From the NCBI RefSeq assembly GCF_006345805.1, contig NC_043009.1, forward strand, positions 52,762,001-52,826,000: DNA of 64,000 nucleotides. The letters run 5' to 3'. Position 1 is the stretch's first letter; every line of letters starts with the position of its first letter. The notes beneath the pieces were generated by a model. It did not search any database and had not been told where the DNA came from. It worked only from the letters and a program-made list of their open reading frames with translations. Made by a program: the position numbers and the translations under genes. This document shows, one piece after another, positions 13,528-27,401 of this stretch. This DNA comes from Octopus sinensis. Its lineage: Eukaryota.

Positions 13528-13765
13528 CTTGATCTAACTGGTGACAACTGGCGTGAGTGATCAGAGACAGGACTTTCCGATACCGCTCTCTCCACGCTGG
13601 GTTCCCGGGGCAAGTTTCCCCGCAGTGCTCTCTGAGCAAAAGCACTAGCTGGTACTGCTGCGGAGGGCAAATCCTCCTTTATCACCACCACCTGCTCTTT
13701 GCCCTCCTTTCTGCTGTTTTCCTCTTTCTGGGAAATCCGCATAGGAGATCCGTGTCGGGAAGACC
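13528..13765 (-). CDS. MYCBP2: MYCBP2 exon (SSRHGSPMRISQKEENSRKE...QLSPVRS), phase 1/2
   Basis: attctag acceptor, gtgagc donor, 238 nt; supplies the required phase change. Confidence 0.87.
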
Positions 13766-13906
13766 CTAGAATGTTGACAATGGACGAAAACAGTCATACA
13801 TGATACACCTTGCAGTTTAGTGATAGAAGGGGAAAAACACAACAAATGAAAAACTGAATTTGTATGCATACAGACATATATATACACACATATACATACA
13901 TACATA

Positions 13907-14522
13907 CAGGGACACTACCAATTTTCAGACAACCTTGGTTCCAGGTTCATGCCAGATAATCCATGTTGTTAGATTTAAAAGTGGTTACATAATAATAATA
14001 ACTCTAAGTAAATTCTTAGAAGACTGATGTCACATTAATAATTTTTTTTCCTACTAAACCTTCACTACACACTTTTGCTTATTCACTAGAAAACAACCGG
14101 TCAACTATCATAATATGAAGATGCAAACATTGAAAAACAAAAATGGAATCTAAAGCCACATACTAACTTCCTAACCAGTGGACCCCCAAACGAGATCTCT
14201 AGAAATTGAATGTGGAGTGCATATATTTATCATTTCTTTTTATGCTGATTCTGTGTTCTCTGTGCAGTGAAGGTAAGTTAACTATTAATTTACTTAAAAC
14301 ACAGAAAGAGTCCTTAATGTGATGGTAGACTTAGCTTTAAACATTTGCACCTTCATATTATTAGTGTTAGCGAGAGTGTTTCAGCTTTCTAGTGAATAAA
14401 TGCATGTATGTCTTAAAGGCCTGATAGCGAAAAAAAAATTAACAATAGTTGTCCTCACATAACTATAGGTCAATTGAAATAGGTACCAGATCATCAGCTG
14501 TCAGAAATTGGTTATGTACCTG
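13907..14522. mobile_element. Old palindromic TA-flanked MITE
   Basis: TA|CAGGGACACTACCAATTT ... AAATTGGTTATGTACCTG|TA, plus internal inverted matches (TTATTCACTAGAAA, AATATGAAG.TGCAAA). Confidence 0.6.
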
Positions 14523-15666
14523 TATGTGTATATGTCTATATAACGACTATTACAATTAATAACTTGTTCTTTCGAACAAGTATAATATCACACAAAAATA
14601 CAGAAGTCGACATAATTGTAGTGGGGTATAATGAAAAAATGTTGCATAAGTTTTGTTGCTACATATATACAAGTTCGAAATACTGATTTGCCATTTCAAC
14701 ATATTTGGAAGGTAATTAAAAGAGGGTCTAACTTATTATAAGATTGGTTAAGCTAATTATAAATTGAGCCTTTAGAAAAAAGAGATATGTTGAAACAACA
14801 AATTAATATGTCCAAATAGTATATGTGTAACAACCAAAAGTGAATAAAATCTGTGCACACACATACACACACATCACATACATATGCAATATGTGTATAC
14901 AGATGTACATATATTGCATATGGGGTTCATATTTGCACACACATACACACATATATATATATATATAACATATTTACATAGATATTTACAAGTGCGGTAA
15001 AAATGAATTCAGACACAAGACAGTTACATAAAAAAACATATTCCTATCTACAATTTTCTTCCTTTCAAATCAAGGGGGTAACGTCAGTGTAAATAAATAT
15101 ATTTTGGGGTAATTGGTCAAAAAAGTTCAAGGCCCCTGATCTAAATGTACCTTATTCAATGCTCCATCTCCATCAGAGAAGGGAAAAAAAAAAGGAAAAA
15201 AGAACCTTATCAGACAACTTCTTGAGGACAACAAATACAAAGTAGAATCCTTTGTTCTTTTCTCTCAGACATTCTAGAAATATAGCAGCTGTGGTTACAT
15301 ATCTTGCAGCAAACCCAGCCTGTACATTATCCAGCCTAGCTCTATACTGAATCCCTCTCCATCACTTTTCTTGCATAGTTCATCAAGGTTGAACCTTCTG
15401 TAACTAAACATTTCAAGCATACCACTTGGTAAGAAAGGATTGGGCCTTGATTATGGGTATAAAAACAAACACTGCCTCGCATAATATGGGAACAGATAAT
15501 GTCCCCACAGGTATCCTCTCATTCTCATTAACATGTGTGTGTGTGTGTGTATAAATACATCACACACACAATTTGATATTGATGATTAACTGAAAAAGAC
15601 AACATGATCAAGAAATCGAAAACAGAAAGAAAGAGACAGATTTGGTTAGAAAGAATGTGACATTAA

Positions 15667-16773
15667 CCCTTTCGTTACCAAACCGCCCAAAGCCGCCCGA
15701 AAAAATTTTGGTTAATGTGACCAAACCGCCCAAAGCCTGCCCAAATTTACCTATTCATATTTAAATGATAATATCAGAGCAAATCTCTTTAGTACATTCG
15801 TGAAAACATGTGATTATGCTTCGTAAACAATTCATCTACAGCTTTGTACAACGATCGACGTGTAATTTTAATTCCCTGAATTTTGGGAGATTTTTTTCCA
15901 CATTTTTTTCGGCATCGATTTTTCTTCAACTTTGAAAACGGATTGGAGTTTCATGTTATCAAGCATTGATTCCGAATTGGAAAATTTGTGAAGCAAATAC
16001 TGGGTACTGTTGTGGATTGAGTTTTTATACAGGGAAACTAATGTTAGTCAGCATGGCTTAGGGTATGATGTGGTCTGGAAGTTATTGTTTGAAGCGATCA
16101 ATGCGGAAACAGACTTACGCAAAATGTAAACAAACACAAAATGGGGGTTCAAATTTCGGAAAATTTGTGAAGCAAATACTGGGTACTGCGTGGATTTAGT
16201 TTCTATACAGGGAAAATAATGTTAGTCAGCATGGCCTAGGGGACGATGTGGTCTGGAATTCATCACTTCCATACCATAACCAGGGCCGTATATTATTTTT
16301 TGACCGATTTCTTTAGTTCGGTCAAACTTGCGGTGGATATATTTCACTTTATTCCACCTTTATGGTACACCTGTTGTGCATTAAATTCAACTGATGATAT
16401 AGTGATGTGCACAATTCTTTTTTATCAGAATTTTGTTGCATACTCATTTGAATATTAGCTGATGATTCATTTTCTATGTTTAAACAAAATTTTAATATTT
16501 TTACCTTTTGCTCAATTTGAAATTTTAATATTTTTACCTTTTGCTCAATTTACCTGGATTTACCTGTAATTAAAGTCACTTTGAGACAAAAGTTATGCAA
16601 TAGAATTGATTAAGAACCCTATCTTTAATTATGTTCCAAATATCACATTAATATGTTGATAAGTAAAAAAGTTACAGTTATTTAATGAAACAAGCCTAGA
16701 TTCCTGATTATTTTAGAATTTAATTGAAACTCATGAGGGGTGTATTTTGGTCAGAAATATAGTAACGAAAGGG
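15667..16773. mobile_element. Non-autonomous piggyBac-type element with TTAA target duplications
   Basis: TTAA|CCCTTTCGTTAC ... GTAACGAAAGGG|TTAA (12-bp perfect TIR); internal direct repeats. Confidence 0.85.
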
Positions 16774-17038
16774 TTAATGAGAAAAAGGTTTTAGGCATGC
16801 ATGCATGCTTGCAAATCTCTCTCTCTCTCTCCACACACACACACACAGGGTTTTCTCATTAGTGAAAAATACATTAGAAATGGAAACATTCTTCATCATC
16901 CCCTAATACATCTTCGCTGCCAAACAAAATCAAAGACCCAACCCCCAAAGTGTTAACAGAAGGGCATGGCTGCAAAGGCCAGTCAGTGGGTTAGTAGGGT
17001 GCAATCTAACAACCAGATCCAGTTAAACCAATGCTCAC

Positions 17039-17086
17039 TAGGAGGGGGAGATAGTATGGTGTAGCAGGGGGGAAGGGTAAACATTT
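17039..17086 (-). CDS. MYCBP2: Candidate cassette micro-exon (EMFTLPPCYTILSPPP), phase 1/1
   Basis: Strong ctgctgctttcag acceptor, A|gtgagc donor, 48 nt frame-neutral. Confidence 0.45.
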
Positions 17087-17483
17087 CTGAAAGCAGCAGC
17101 AGGAGCAGGAGCAACAAAAAAAAATAAACAAAAACTCCACAAAAAATAAAGTGAAAAACAAAATCATTCAATAATTAAAAAAATAATTTTTTTCTTTAAA
17201 AATATTATTATTATTAATATTATCATTACTATTATATATATGATATATATTACACAATAATAATAATCATGATCCTTTCTACTGTAGGCATAAGGCCTGG
17301 AATTTGTGAGGAAGGGATAAGTCAATTACATCGACCCCAGTGTTCAACTGGTACTTATTTTATCAACCCCAAAAGGATGAAAGGCAAAGTCGACCTCAAT
17401 GGAGTTCAAATTCAAAATGTAAAATGAAAAAAATGCCAAAAAGCATTTTGCCTGGTGAGCTAACAATTTTACCAGCTCACTAC

Positions 17484-17515
<32 letters not shown>

Positions 17516-17604
17516 GAGTAATAATAATAAATGGGAAAAAAACAATGAAAAACAACAAAACAAAACTTAAAATTCAACAAATAAAGCAGTAGGATTTTTT
17601 TCAC

Positions 17605-17709
17605 CTGAGCTGTGGCAAGAACTGGAGCCACGAGAGGATACTTTCTTGGGAGTGCCTGGCGGTGAGGGGAGAGGTGTCGGACCATTCCCGTTAAAGCGAC
17701 TTTCACAGC
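17605..17709 (-). CDS. MYCBP2: MYCBP2 exon (GCESRFNGNGPTPLPSPPGTPKKVSSRGSSSCHSS), phase 1/1
   Basis: tttcttcag acceptor, CAG|gtgaaa donor, 105 nt, GC-rich. Confidence 0.8.
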
Positions 17710-18756
17710 CTGAAGAAATAGGGTTGGCAAATCAGAATTGGTTTGAAATACATGTGTTTGTGGTTTTGGGTATGTTTCTTAATGATTTGTTTTGCTTTTT
17801 GCACAATAATAATAATAATTTCTAATGAGAGCACAAGGCTACTAATTTAAAGGAGAGCAGTTGATTAAATCAAGTTCAGTATTTAACTGGTCGTCTATTT
17901 TATCATCGCAGAAGGAAAAAAGGCAAATTCCACCTAGGCAGAATTTGAACTCAGAACATGAAGGGCCAGAAAAAATACCACAAGCTATTTTGTCTCATGT
18001 TCTACTGATTCTGCTAATCCCTCATCTTCCCAACTATATCAGTAATCCTTTCTACTATAGGCACAAATATGAAATTTAAAATATTTTTACTGGGAGGGTG
18101 CAAGTCTTTTACATCAATCCCAGAATGTAACTCGTACTTATTTCATCAAACCTGAAACGATGAAAGGCGGAACTGACCTCAACAGAATTTGAACTTGGAA
18201 TATACAGATGAACAAAATGCCGCTAAACATTTTGTCCAGCATGCTAACAATTCAGCTAGCTTGCTGCCTTGGTGGTGGTGGTGGTGGTGATAATAATCCT
18301 TTCTTCTAAAGGAACAAGGCCTGAAATTTGGTGGGGGAAAAAGCTAACCGATCACATCAACTCCAGTGAGCACCTTATTTCATTGACTCTGAACAGACAA
18401 AAGGCAAAATTGACTTCAGAACACAAAACTGAACAAAATGCTTAACGGTATTTCATCCAGCATGCTAATGATTCTACCAGCTTGCCGTTCTTGTCATAAT
18501 AATAATCATCATCATCATCATTTAATGTCCGTTTTCCATGCTAGCATGGGTTGGACAGTTCGACCGGGATCTAGGAAGCCAGGAGGCTGGGCTAGGCTCC
18601 AGTCTGATCTGGCAGTGTTTCTACAGCTGGATGCCCTTCCTAATGCCAACCACTCCGTGAGTATAGTGGGTGCTTTTTACATGGATTATTATTATTTTTT
18701 TTTAAGTAAAATAATAATAATAATTAAAAAAAAATAATAATAAAAATAATAATAAT

Positions 18757-18974
18757 AATCCTTTCTACTATAGGCACAAGGCCTGAAATTTTGGGGGATG
18801 GGACTAGTCGATTACATCGACCTCAGTGTTTCACTGGTACTTAATTTATCAGCCCCGAAAGGATGAAAGGCAAAGTCAACCTCAGCGGAATTTGAACTCA
18901 GATCATAGAAACAGGCAAAATACCACTAAGCATTTTGTCCGGCACGCTAACAATTCTGCCAGCTCACCACCTTA
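18757..18974 (-). mobile_element. SINE family 1, tail B (also 8595-8811, 17271-17481, 18043-18270, 30045-30260 on minus; 20349-20565, 49261-49478, 56748-56970 on plus)
   Basis: Same head and centre as family 1 but ends AGGCCTTGTGCCTATAGTAGAAAGG(ATT)n. Confidence 0.8.
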
Positions 18975-19228
18975 ATAATAATAATAATAATAATAACAAT
19001 AACTATTGTTATTATTGTTGTTCCTATTGTTATTTCTTACATAGGCACAAAGCCAGAAATACAGAGCAGGGAGAGAACAATTAATTATGTTGGCATCCAG
19101 TATTTAACTGATACATTTTACTGGTCCCAGAAGGATGAAAGGCAATGCTTTCTAACATATACACAACCATACAAATTTTGATGGTTGGTTTGTGCAACTG
19201 TATTTTAACTATGACATATTTTACTGAC

Positions 19229-19288
19229 ACCACCACCCATCCACCTCTGGGACAGAGGGATGGAAAAGTCTGCCCATGTCCCACTTTA
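19229..19288 (-). CDS. MYCBP2: Candidate cassette micro-exon (VKWDMGRLFHPSVPEVDGWW), phase 1/1
   Basis: atttatag acceptor, T|gtcagt donor, 60 nt; GC-rich island between AT-rich tracts. Confidence 0.3.
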
Positions 19289-20129
19289 CTATAAATAATA
19301 ATAATAATAATATAATAATAATAATAATAATGATAATAAAATGAAAACAAAAATTGCAGGAGACACTAAAATGATAATGAAATAAAAAATTATTAAATAA
19401 GCATAGTGTGGTTTGAGGGATGGTAGGGTGCATGTAACATTGAAATTTGAAACCTGTAGAAAAAAAATTGGTTTATAGAATTCTTTGCAATAGGAAAAAA
19501 ATACAATCAAAATTTGATAACAGAAATTAAATACAATTTTTGGAAAAGTGGATCTTGAAGCATATACAGCTATAAATAATAGCATGGAAATAACTGGGCT
19601 GAAACCACTTTTGGATAGAAAATGGGAAATGTCAAAAGCAGGTCACAAGACACAAACCAATATCTTCCATAGACATGGCAGGAGCCTATTATGGGCAGCC
19701 TTCGACTTTTACTATCCAAAAAGGTTTCACAACCCAATATTTATATGCTGTTATTTATATAGCCATATGTGCTTCAAGATCCACTGTTCCAAAGAAGAAT
19801 TGTTTCATGTGCACTTGAAAGCTTACACATTCTTATAACATATAAATTTATTTTGGCAGAATCATTAGCATGCCAGACAAAATGCTTTGCAGCACTTCTT
19901 CCAGATTTTATCTTATGGGTTCAAATTTTAACACAATCCCCACTCAGTTATAATAAAAATCATTATTATTATTATTCTCTTTCTTCTACTCATCTTTTAT
20001 GTGACCCCCATACATAGTAAATTGTCTTTGTAATGTCCCCTTTGCAAATAAAAGGAATCATCATCATTCCTACAGCTGTTTAACACAGCACCTTCATTGG
20101 GTGATGTAACAAGGCATCAGCTGTCCTCA

Positions 20130-20310
20130 GCCAATGAGCTATGGTAACCTTCTTCATTTAGATTTCAAGAACTTTGTGGAGGATTTGTGCAGTTCCAATC
20201 AATGCTATTTTCTATTGATGCTTTTATCTTCACATTTACCTTTTCAAACTAATTTGTGAGCTTCATATGTATAGTCTCCAGGATTCCAACAATGGTTCAC
20301 CTTCTTCAAT
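20130..20310 (-). mobile_element. Decayed C-terminus of an RLE-type (R4/NeSL-like) LINE
   Basis: Minus translation ...KIALIGTAQILHKVLEI*, resembling the QK.ALLGTA.ILRKVL terminus. Confidence 0.45.
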
Positions 20311-20561
20311 GACCAAAGCCTTTATTATTAATATTATTATTATATCTGAAGGCGGTGAGCTGGCAGAATTATGAGCACGCCAGACAAAATGCTTAGCGGC
20401 ATTTCATTCATCTGCACATTCTGAGTTTAAATTCTGCCAAGGTGAAATTTGCCTTTCATCCTTTCAGGATCAATAAATTAAGTAGCAGTTGAGTACTGGG
20501 GTCGATGTAATCAATTATGCTCCCTCCCTAAATTTCAGGCCTTATGCCTATAGCAGCAAAG

Positions 20562-20600
<39 letters not shown>

Positions 20601-21229
20601 TCTAACGGAGATACAATCACAAATTGAGGGGTCACATTATATATTCTATTGGGATATATCCTTCATCAACCCATGAAAGATGAAAATCTTAGACAACTCT
20701 GCTGAGATTTCCCCACTGTTTTACTAATTGCATCATACATTGCTTCGTTATTCACTAAAAGGCTAGACATAATGTGACAGGAAATAGCTAATCCCATCTA
20801 ATAACACCAGCTTTTACTGGTTCTTATTTAGTCAAGTCTGTGGAAAGGTGAAAGGTCAACTGAGACTCAAAATGAGATCAACGTAATGTAACTATATACT
20901 GCAATACATTTTGTCAACACCCTGCCAATTCTGCTAAGCACCATCACCACTACTAACAAGAAAAACAAGTTCACAACTGAAACAAAAAGAATATGTAAAC
21001 ATTTAATACTAACCATAATAGAACATGTAATACGAAATCATATATAAATACATATAAGGATATTACTGGTGCATATATACATCCATGCATATATCATAGT
21101 CTCCTACATATATCATAGATTCACACATACATTACAAACTCATATTACAGATATACAATGTATGTGTCTGACAAACATATATCACAGATATGTGTGTGAC
21201 ACACAGATACACAATAAGTCTATGATATA

Positions 21230-21260
<31 letters not shown>

Positions 21261-21530
21261 TACAAACTCATAGATATGCAATGAGTGTATAGTACAGACT
21301 CATATATTATAGATACACAAAGTATGCATATGTGTGTGTATGCATGTGTGCGTGCATACACACACACACACACAGGAGAAGTGTATGTCATTAGCTTTAA
21401 AATTTCAAAGTAGATATAAACAATATACACATCAAATATTTCTATGGCTACAAAGAAGCCATATTATAATCAAGAGATATCACAGGAAGTATTTAAAATG
21501 CATACACAAAGATATAGCAAAAAATAATAT

Positions 21531-21572
<42 letters not shown>

Positions 21573-22558
21573 AGCACAACATTCATGCAATATTCAATTA
21601 GACAACAGGATTTTTTTTTTTAAATGATATTCAAAATTTGTGTTTATTATCTTAAGATTCAAATAATCCAAATAGCATTTCTCCCAGTAATCTTACAAAT
21701 CAAGCTGTAATTTTATTATCATTTTGTTATATTTTAATGTCTTATTTATCATTAAATTTATTTTGTATTATATTATTATACCATCATATACCAATGTTGT
21801 TTTACTAATCTGGTAAAGGAGTGAAATAGTATGTATACAATAAAAAAAAAAGACGCACCTAGTTGTGACACCTTAAATTACTTAAAAATGAAACATTTTA
21901 TTATAAGTAAGCAGTGTTAGTTGATTATAATATATGAAAGTAGAAAATTCCATCAAGAAAAAATTATTTTATGCAAAGAAAATAAATAAATGATAAGATC
22001 ATAATAGATCAAGATGGCAAACATCTTAGATGAAACAAAGTAGGATTGAGGTAAGTCATGCTATGACACATTGTCAAAACACCCCACCCATGCCTGCATG
22101 GAAGAAAAATGTCATTAATGAATGAATAAGAATACTCTACATGCCAGAAGCAAAATTTCCAAGTCACACTGCTACAGCCTTAAAAGAAAGATCAAACTGG
22201 ATAACGTACACAATAAAAAAAAAAATAAATGGAATGAACAATGTTGGAATGCCTCTAATCTTGATGATATGTGTTTATAGTGATCAATGATCAAACACTG
22301 GCATCTAAGCTAAAGAGACTGGCATTTAAGCCAATGGAAAATTTAGCCCTCATTTTACCACCCCTAAAGATAAGAGATAAACTTCAAATCAGTGGATGAT
22401 GATACTCCAAAAAGAAACAGACATCACAAATGCTTAAGTAAAAAAGGGTCTAAATATCATAACTTCCCATCTGTCTAATCTCTGTCTAAAACAAAATGAT
22501 GTTTCATATCTTTGCTGTGGAATGCAGTATGTGTGTGCAATCAGAGATGAAATCCAAC

Positions 22559-22681
22559 CCCTTCGGTTAGGATACTGGCAGGCAAACAACTTGATCAGTT
22601 GTGACTGTGATTTCTCTTCTGTACTGGAACCAGTATAGATATGTGAAGAACATGACTGATATGATGTGTGGTATAATACAC
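22559..22681 (-). CDS. MYCBP2: Candidate cassette exon (GVLYHTSYQSCSSHIYTGSSTEEKSQSQLIKLFACQYPNRR), phase 1/1
   Basis: ttctttaactgtag acceptor, G|gttgga donor (weak; similar to the 47464 donor), 123 nt open. Confidence 0.35.
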
Positions 22682-23478
22682 CTACAGTTAAAGAACAAAT
22701 CAGATCCATACACATCCTCGCCGTCTCTCTCACACACACAGGTAAAATTTCAAAGTTGATTGTAAAGAGATGCAACAGGATTCAAATATCAGAATAGTAA
22801 GCCTTAAAAAATACATATAAGAAATATAATAATCTTAGACTACTGTGACTGGCAACGAAAATTACCTTTATTTTAACAATCTTGTCGAAAGAAAACTAGG
22901 CAGTGTTCCCACAGGCATCATAACATTTCCCAAGCTATTTACTTTTCTTTGGACTGTATAGAAAAAAAGGGAGGTTTTCACCATTTTCCCCAACATCAGA
23001 CACTAATAATGTATCTAAACATTTTACTATCATATTTCTGTCTGTACATCAATGTTTATAAGAGATGTTAACAAGAGGAAGTGTGTTAGAGAGGGCTGCA
23101 GTTTGAGGGGTAAAAAAGATGAGTAACCCTAAAAAGAAAAAGAAAAACCATTCGCCTAATGAAAAAGATCTGGTGAGTGTGTCCCGTTATAGCACTCAGT
23201 AGGAGACACAAATATCATTAAGAAAATGTCCCATACATATTGGTATAATTTAACCCTTTACAGATGAAAGCTTACTGGTGCACTAATTACTTTGTCACCT
23301 ACGGAGATAGCCTACCAGTGTTAAAAGTGGGGTGGTCTGCAATAAAACAAATCAATCCAGAATAAGCTACTGGTGCTTATTTTTACAGAGTCACTGGGGA
23401 AGAAATGCAAGGCTGACATGAATAGGATTTGAAATCAGAATGAAGGAGGACATCACTGAACACTATCGCTTAGTCCAT

Positions 23479-23928
23479 TTAATACTTTGGCATTCAAACC
23501 AACTATATCTGGCCAAAATAATCTATGTTTTATCATCGAACTGGCCAGATCCAGCATCTCACACACTTAATCTACAATATTATTCTAAAAATAATCACAT
23601 TCATTGCAATTTCAAAGCTATGAGATAATGAATAATTAAGCCAAAACAGTATGACTATATAAGATTCACATTTGACGCAGAAATCTCAATGCTAAAAGTT
23701 TAACCCTTTAGCATTTAAACCGGCCATATCCGGCCAAAAGTATTCTGCCAGTTTTATGTTCAAACTGGCTAGATCTGGCCTCTCACACCAACCCTACAAT
23801 ATCATCTTAAAAGTTAACAGCTACCTCATCAAAATCTCATAGCTACAAGATAATGCATGATTAGTTCAAAACAATGAGGATGAAAAAGCATTAATTTTGG
23901 CAGAATAATGCAAACACTAAAGGTTTAA
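23479..23928. mobile_element. Two tandem ~225-bp TTAA MITEs (CCCTTTAGCATT...AATGCTAAAGGG family) sharing one TTAA; other copies at 29222-29816 (SINE-interrupted), 37211-37438, ~42147-42240, ~60420-60585
   Basis: TTAA-CCCTTTAGCATT ends and shared internal sequence among copies. Confidence 0.75.
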
Positions 23929-25624
23929 ACAGTCACATCACTAGCTGAGCTGCCTCCACCAGTGTATTGTGATACTTTACTGTCTAAGCTACCCACTTCT
24001 ACTACTGCAATCTAGCAGTGTACTGTCATACTCTACTTATCTTAGCTACTTCAACCTATACTCAGCTACTTCTACCCACACCACACTCTACTTAGCTACT
24101 TATACCAGTTTTATGACACTTTACTGTCTGAGTCATTCTGCCATTTTATTGAGGAACCAACACCAAAGAGTTTGTCATGTTCTCAGCAAGACTAATGAGT
24201 CCTCTCTAACATTATTTCCATTCACTTGCTAATTACTTTATAGGGTGTGTACGATGCATTTTATCATGGCATTAATGCTAGTAAGGGTTGCTTTGTCTCC
24301 TGCAAAATTAAGGGGGTTTTCATTCATTCGAGGCAGATATGACTAGGATTATGAAAAGAAGGGAGTGGACACCATAAGGATGAAAGAGGAGAGAATCAGT
24401 ATAATAGAATGAAACAACGTGATGGTAGAAGATTAAGTAATAGAAGATAGATGGATGTTGAGAAAGATGTTGAATGGAAACATGAACAGTGTAATTGGGG
24501 AGCAATAATGATGGGTGATGGAAAGATATAGGGAGTAAGTGGTGGAAACACTAAAGATGTGCGGTGGTAAATGAGAATGGTAGATATGAATGAAGAGTTG
24601 CAGAGGGAAAAGAGAATGGCAGCTTGTAGTAGAGGGTAAAAATATCTGAAGATGTCTAGAAGGAAAGGGAAAAAATGATTTTTCTCAATTTGGGACTTGA
24701 AGAAAATATCTCTAATGCCTTGATCATATTGAGTGGAATAATCAATGAAAGAAATCAGTTCTATGAAGTAGTCAAAATAAAACCAGTTAAAATGAATTAA
24801 ATATACTAGGACACATACAAGTTCATAGACACAGATGCACAGAATTACATGCACACACAAATTATGTGATTGTGGAAATGAAGAAAAAAAATGAAACATC
24901 AAAGAAGTCTCAGCTCTTAGTTTAATTTACTAATTAAGTTGCTCAAATGTACACTGACAACATCATGGCAAATTGCGAGGTTTCTTTCACTTTTTTTAAT
25001 TAACATTTAGCAATATTTCTGGAAAGTTGAGAAACAAATGTTTTTTCCACAATTCTTTCCACACAACTAGAAGCTAGATACTGTAAAAAAAAGTTTTTAA
25101 ATAACAAAAAAAGTAATCATAATACTAATAATAATAAGACAAAAAAGAAATGGGGTGAATAAAGCCAAGAATAGAAAAGCAACAAAACCAAGATCTCACT
25201 GATACAAAAACAACAAACAAAAGCAACCCTAATGAAAAATGACAGAAATCAAAATTATTTATAAAAATACAAACAGTAAGTCAAATAAAATTAGATGATA
25301 TTTATTTCTGTGAGCCACCGCAGAGGACAGTCTACATGTACATGTGTCATATATATATGTATATATATTGGTCAAGTCAGTCTTTTGCTAGGCTATTCTG
25401 AATTTTGACAGCAAGTACTCAGAGTCTTCAGGCAAGTTACAACTGAAGGAAATGTATGTGTTTGCATTTTGATTTTGGCAATGTATGAGTATGAATTCCA
25501 TAATTGTTTATTTTCGAAAGGAATTTTATAAGGTCTACTAATGCACTCACCTAGTCTTTTCCTATCTAATTTGGTTTTGTATCAACATTTACTACATTAT
25601 ATATTAAATAACATAGTAAATGTT

Positions 25625-25661
<37 letters not shown>

Positions 25662-25740
25662 ACATTTTCTCTTATGTTCAGTTATGATACAAACAACTTT
25701 ACGTTAATCTGGGTTACTCTATACTTTTGTAGAGTAGAAA

Positions 25741-25863
25741 TTTATTATTCTTGGACAAGAATGTTGATAGTGACTTTGAAGTTTTGGCCAGCAGTCTGAT
25801 GATGACTTAGCTGGCCGAAACCACAAAGTCACTGTCAACAACATTCTGTCTAAAAATGATAAA
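25741..25863 (+). ncRNA. Minimal hammerhead-like motif embedded in a ~52-bp-arm inverted repeat
   Basis: CAGT-CTGATGA(25796-25802)-..-GAAAC-CACAAA-GTC-ACTG; helix II has only 2 of 4 pairs; 25741-25792 is the reverse complement of ~25810-25863. Confidence 0.55.
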
Positions 25864-27031
25864 TATATATATATATATATGCTGATTGCATCTTCTTGTG
25901 CCATTGCTTCGTTGAATGTTGCATGATCATGTGCAAACAAGTAGCTTTTCAGTCCAGCTTCCATTCTGCAGGAACATTCACAGATGTGATGCTTATTTCT
26001 CTTTTCAGTACATATGTACCATGCTGCACATTACAGGAGAACCATCTCACAAGCAGCTTGATTTCTCCCTGTCTCATGTGACTTTAGAAGACTGACAAAC
26101 TAAGCCCTTGAGAGAAGACATTATCCACACACACACACACACACACTACAATTCAATCCCTGTTGGGATCCTGCAAGCGTTGCACTTGGACTCCCCTTAC
26201 AGAATGGACACTTCAAAGCAGCTTCATTTTAGCTGAAAGATACCACTCTTTACTCGATAGTCTCTATCTATAACGTACAGCGTTTAGCCAATGTCTCCCA
26301 GATATCCATAAAGCCAAAGTAGAAACAGGCACGACCAAATGTTCAAGAAATTCACTTCAGAACTGTGAAGTCTTTGAGTTCCATCCCGCAGTAAGGCATC
26401 TTGAGCAAGTACCTTCTTAGATTAGATCAATTAAAACAAGGCTTCTCAATGAAATTGAGTAGAAACAGTGGAAGCCTGTTGGATGGACTATTATTTAAAG
26501 GGCCATCCTTGTTACAGTGTGTCATGCCGGTTCTGGCTGAGGATTAGGTTAATGGTACAAGTGTCAGTGAAATACTCAGCCACTTACACTACAATTAAAT
26601 GAATAGGGAGATCAGCTGGGTGAATATACTGGATTACTCATTCTTAAAACTAACAGAGATTCATTTACTTCACACATACACACACACAACAACAGAAGTG
26701 TTAAGACCAGTCCCTCTGGTGGTGAAGAGCACTCATGTCAGTGCCACGTAAAAGTGCCCATGCGGAGCCACATAAAGACACCCATGTGGGGCTACATAAA
26801 AGCACCCAGCACACTCTGGAAAGGGGTTGGCATTAGGAAGGGCATCCAGCCATAGAAAGCATGCCAAATCAGACCGGAGTTTCGTGCAGCTCCCCAACTT
26901 GCTAGCTCTGGTCAAACCATCTAACCCACGCCAGTATGGACAATGGGTGTTAAATGATGATGATGATACAGACACACACAAACACATCTACACACACGTG
27001 CATGTGTGTCTGTGTGTGTGTATATATATAT

Positions 27032-27343
27032 ATCACCGTGATCACCGTTACTGACCAGGCTCTCAGATGTTGCTACACATCGCTGGTCACAATGCGCTTC
27101 GCATTGTTTTAGCCTTCAAATGATGCCACCCTGCTGGCTAAGCGAGCAGGCCAACAGAAGAAAGAGTGAGAGAAAGTTGTGGCGAAAGAGTACAGTAGGG
27201 TTTGCCTCCACCACCCTGCCGGAGCCTCGTGGAGCTTTAAGTGTTTTCGTTCAATAAACACTCACAACGCCCAGTCTGGGAATCGAAACCGCGATCCTAC
27301 GACCGCGAGTCCGCTGCCCTAACCACTGGGCCATTGCGCCTCC
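27032..27343 (-). mobile_element. tRNA-headed SINE family 4 (second copy 51021-51327 on plus)
   Basis: A box TGGCCCAGTGGTTAG, B box GGTTTCGATTCCC; both copies sit in microsatellite tracts. Confidence 0.8.
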
Positions 27344-27351
27344 ATATATAT

Positions 27352-27401
<50 letters not shown>

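Noticed and set aside
25545-25570. Strong gtgagt donor on minus
   Set aside because: No acceptable upstream acceptor with an open frame
27270-27343. Possible tRNA gene (A and B boxes)
   Set aside because: Head of a multi-copy SINE followed by SINE body; no proper cloverleaf
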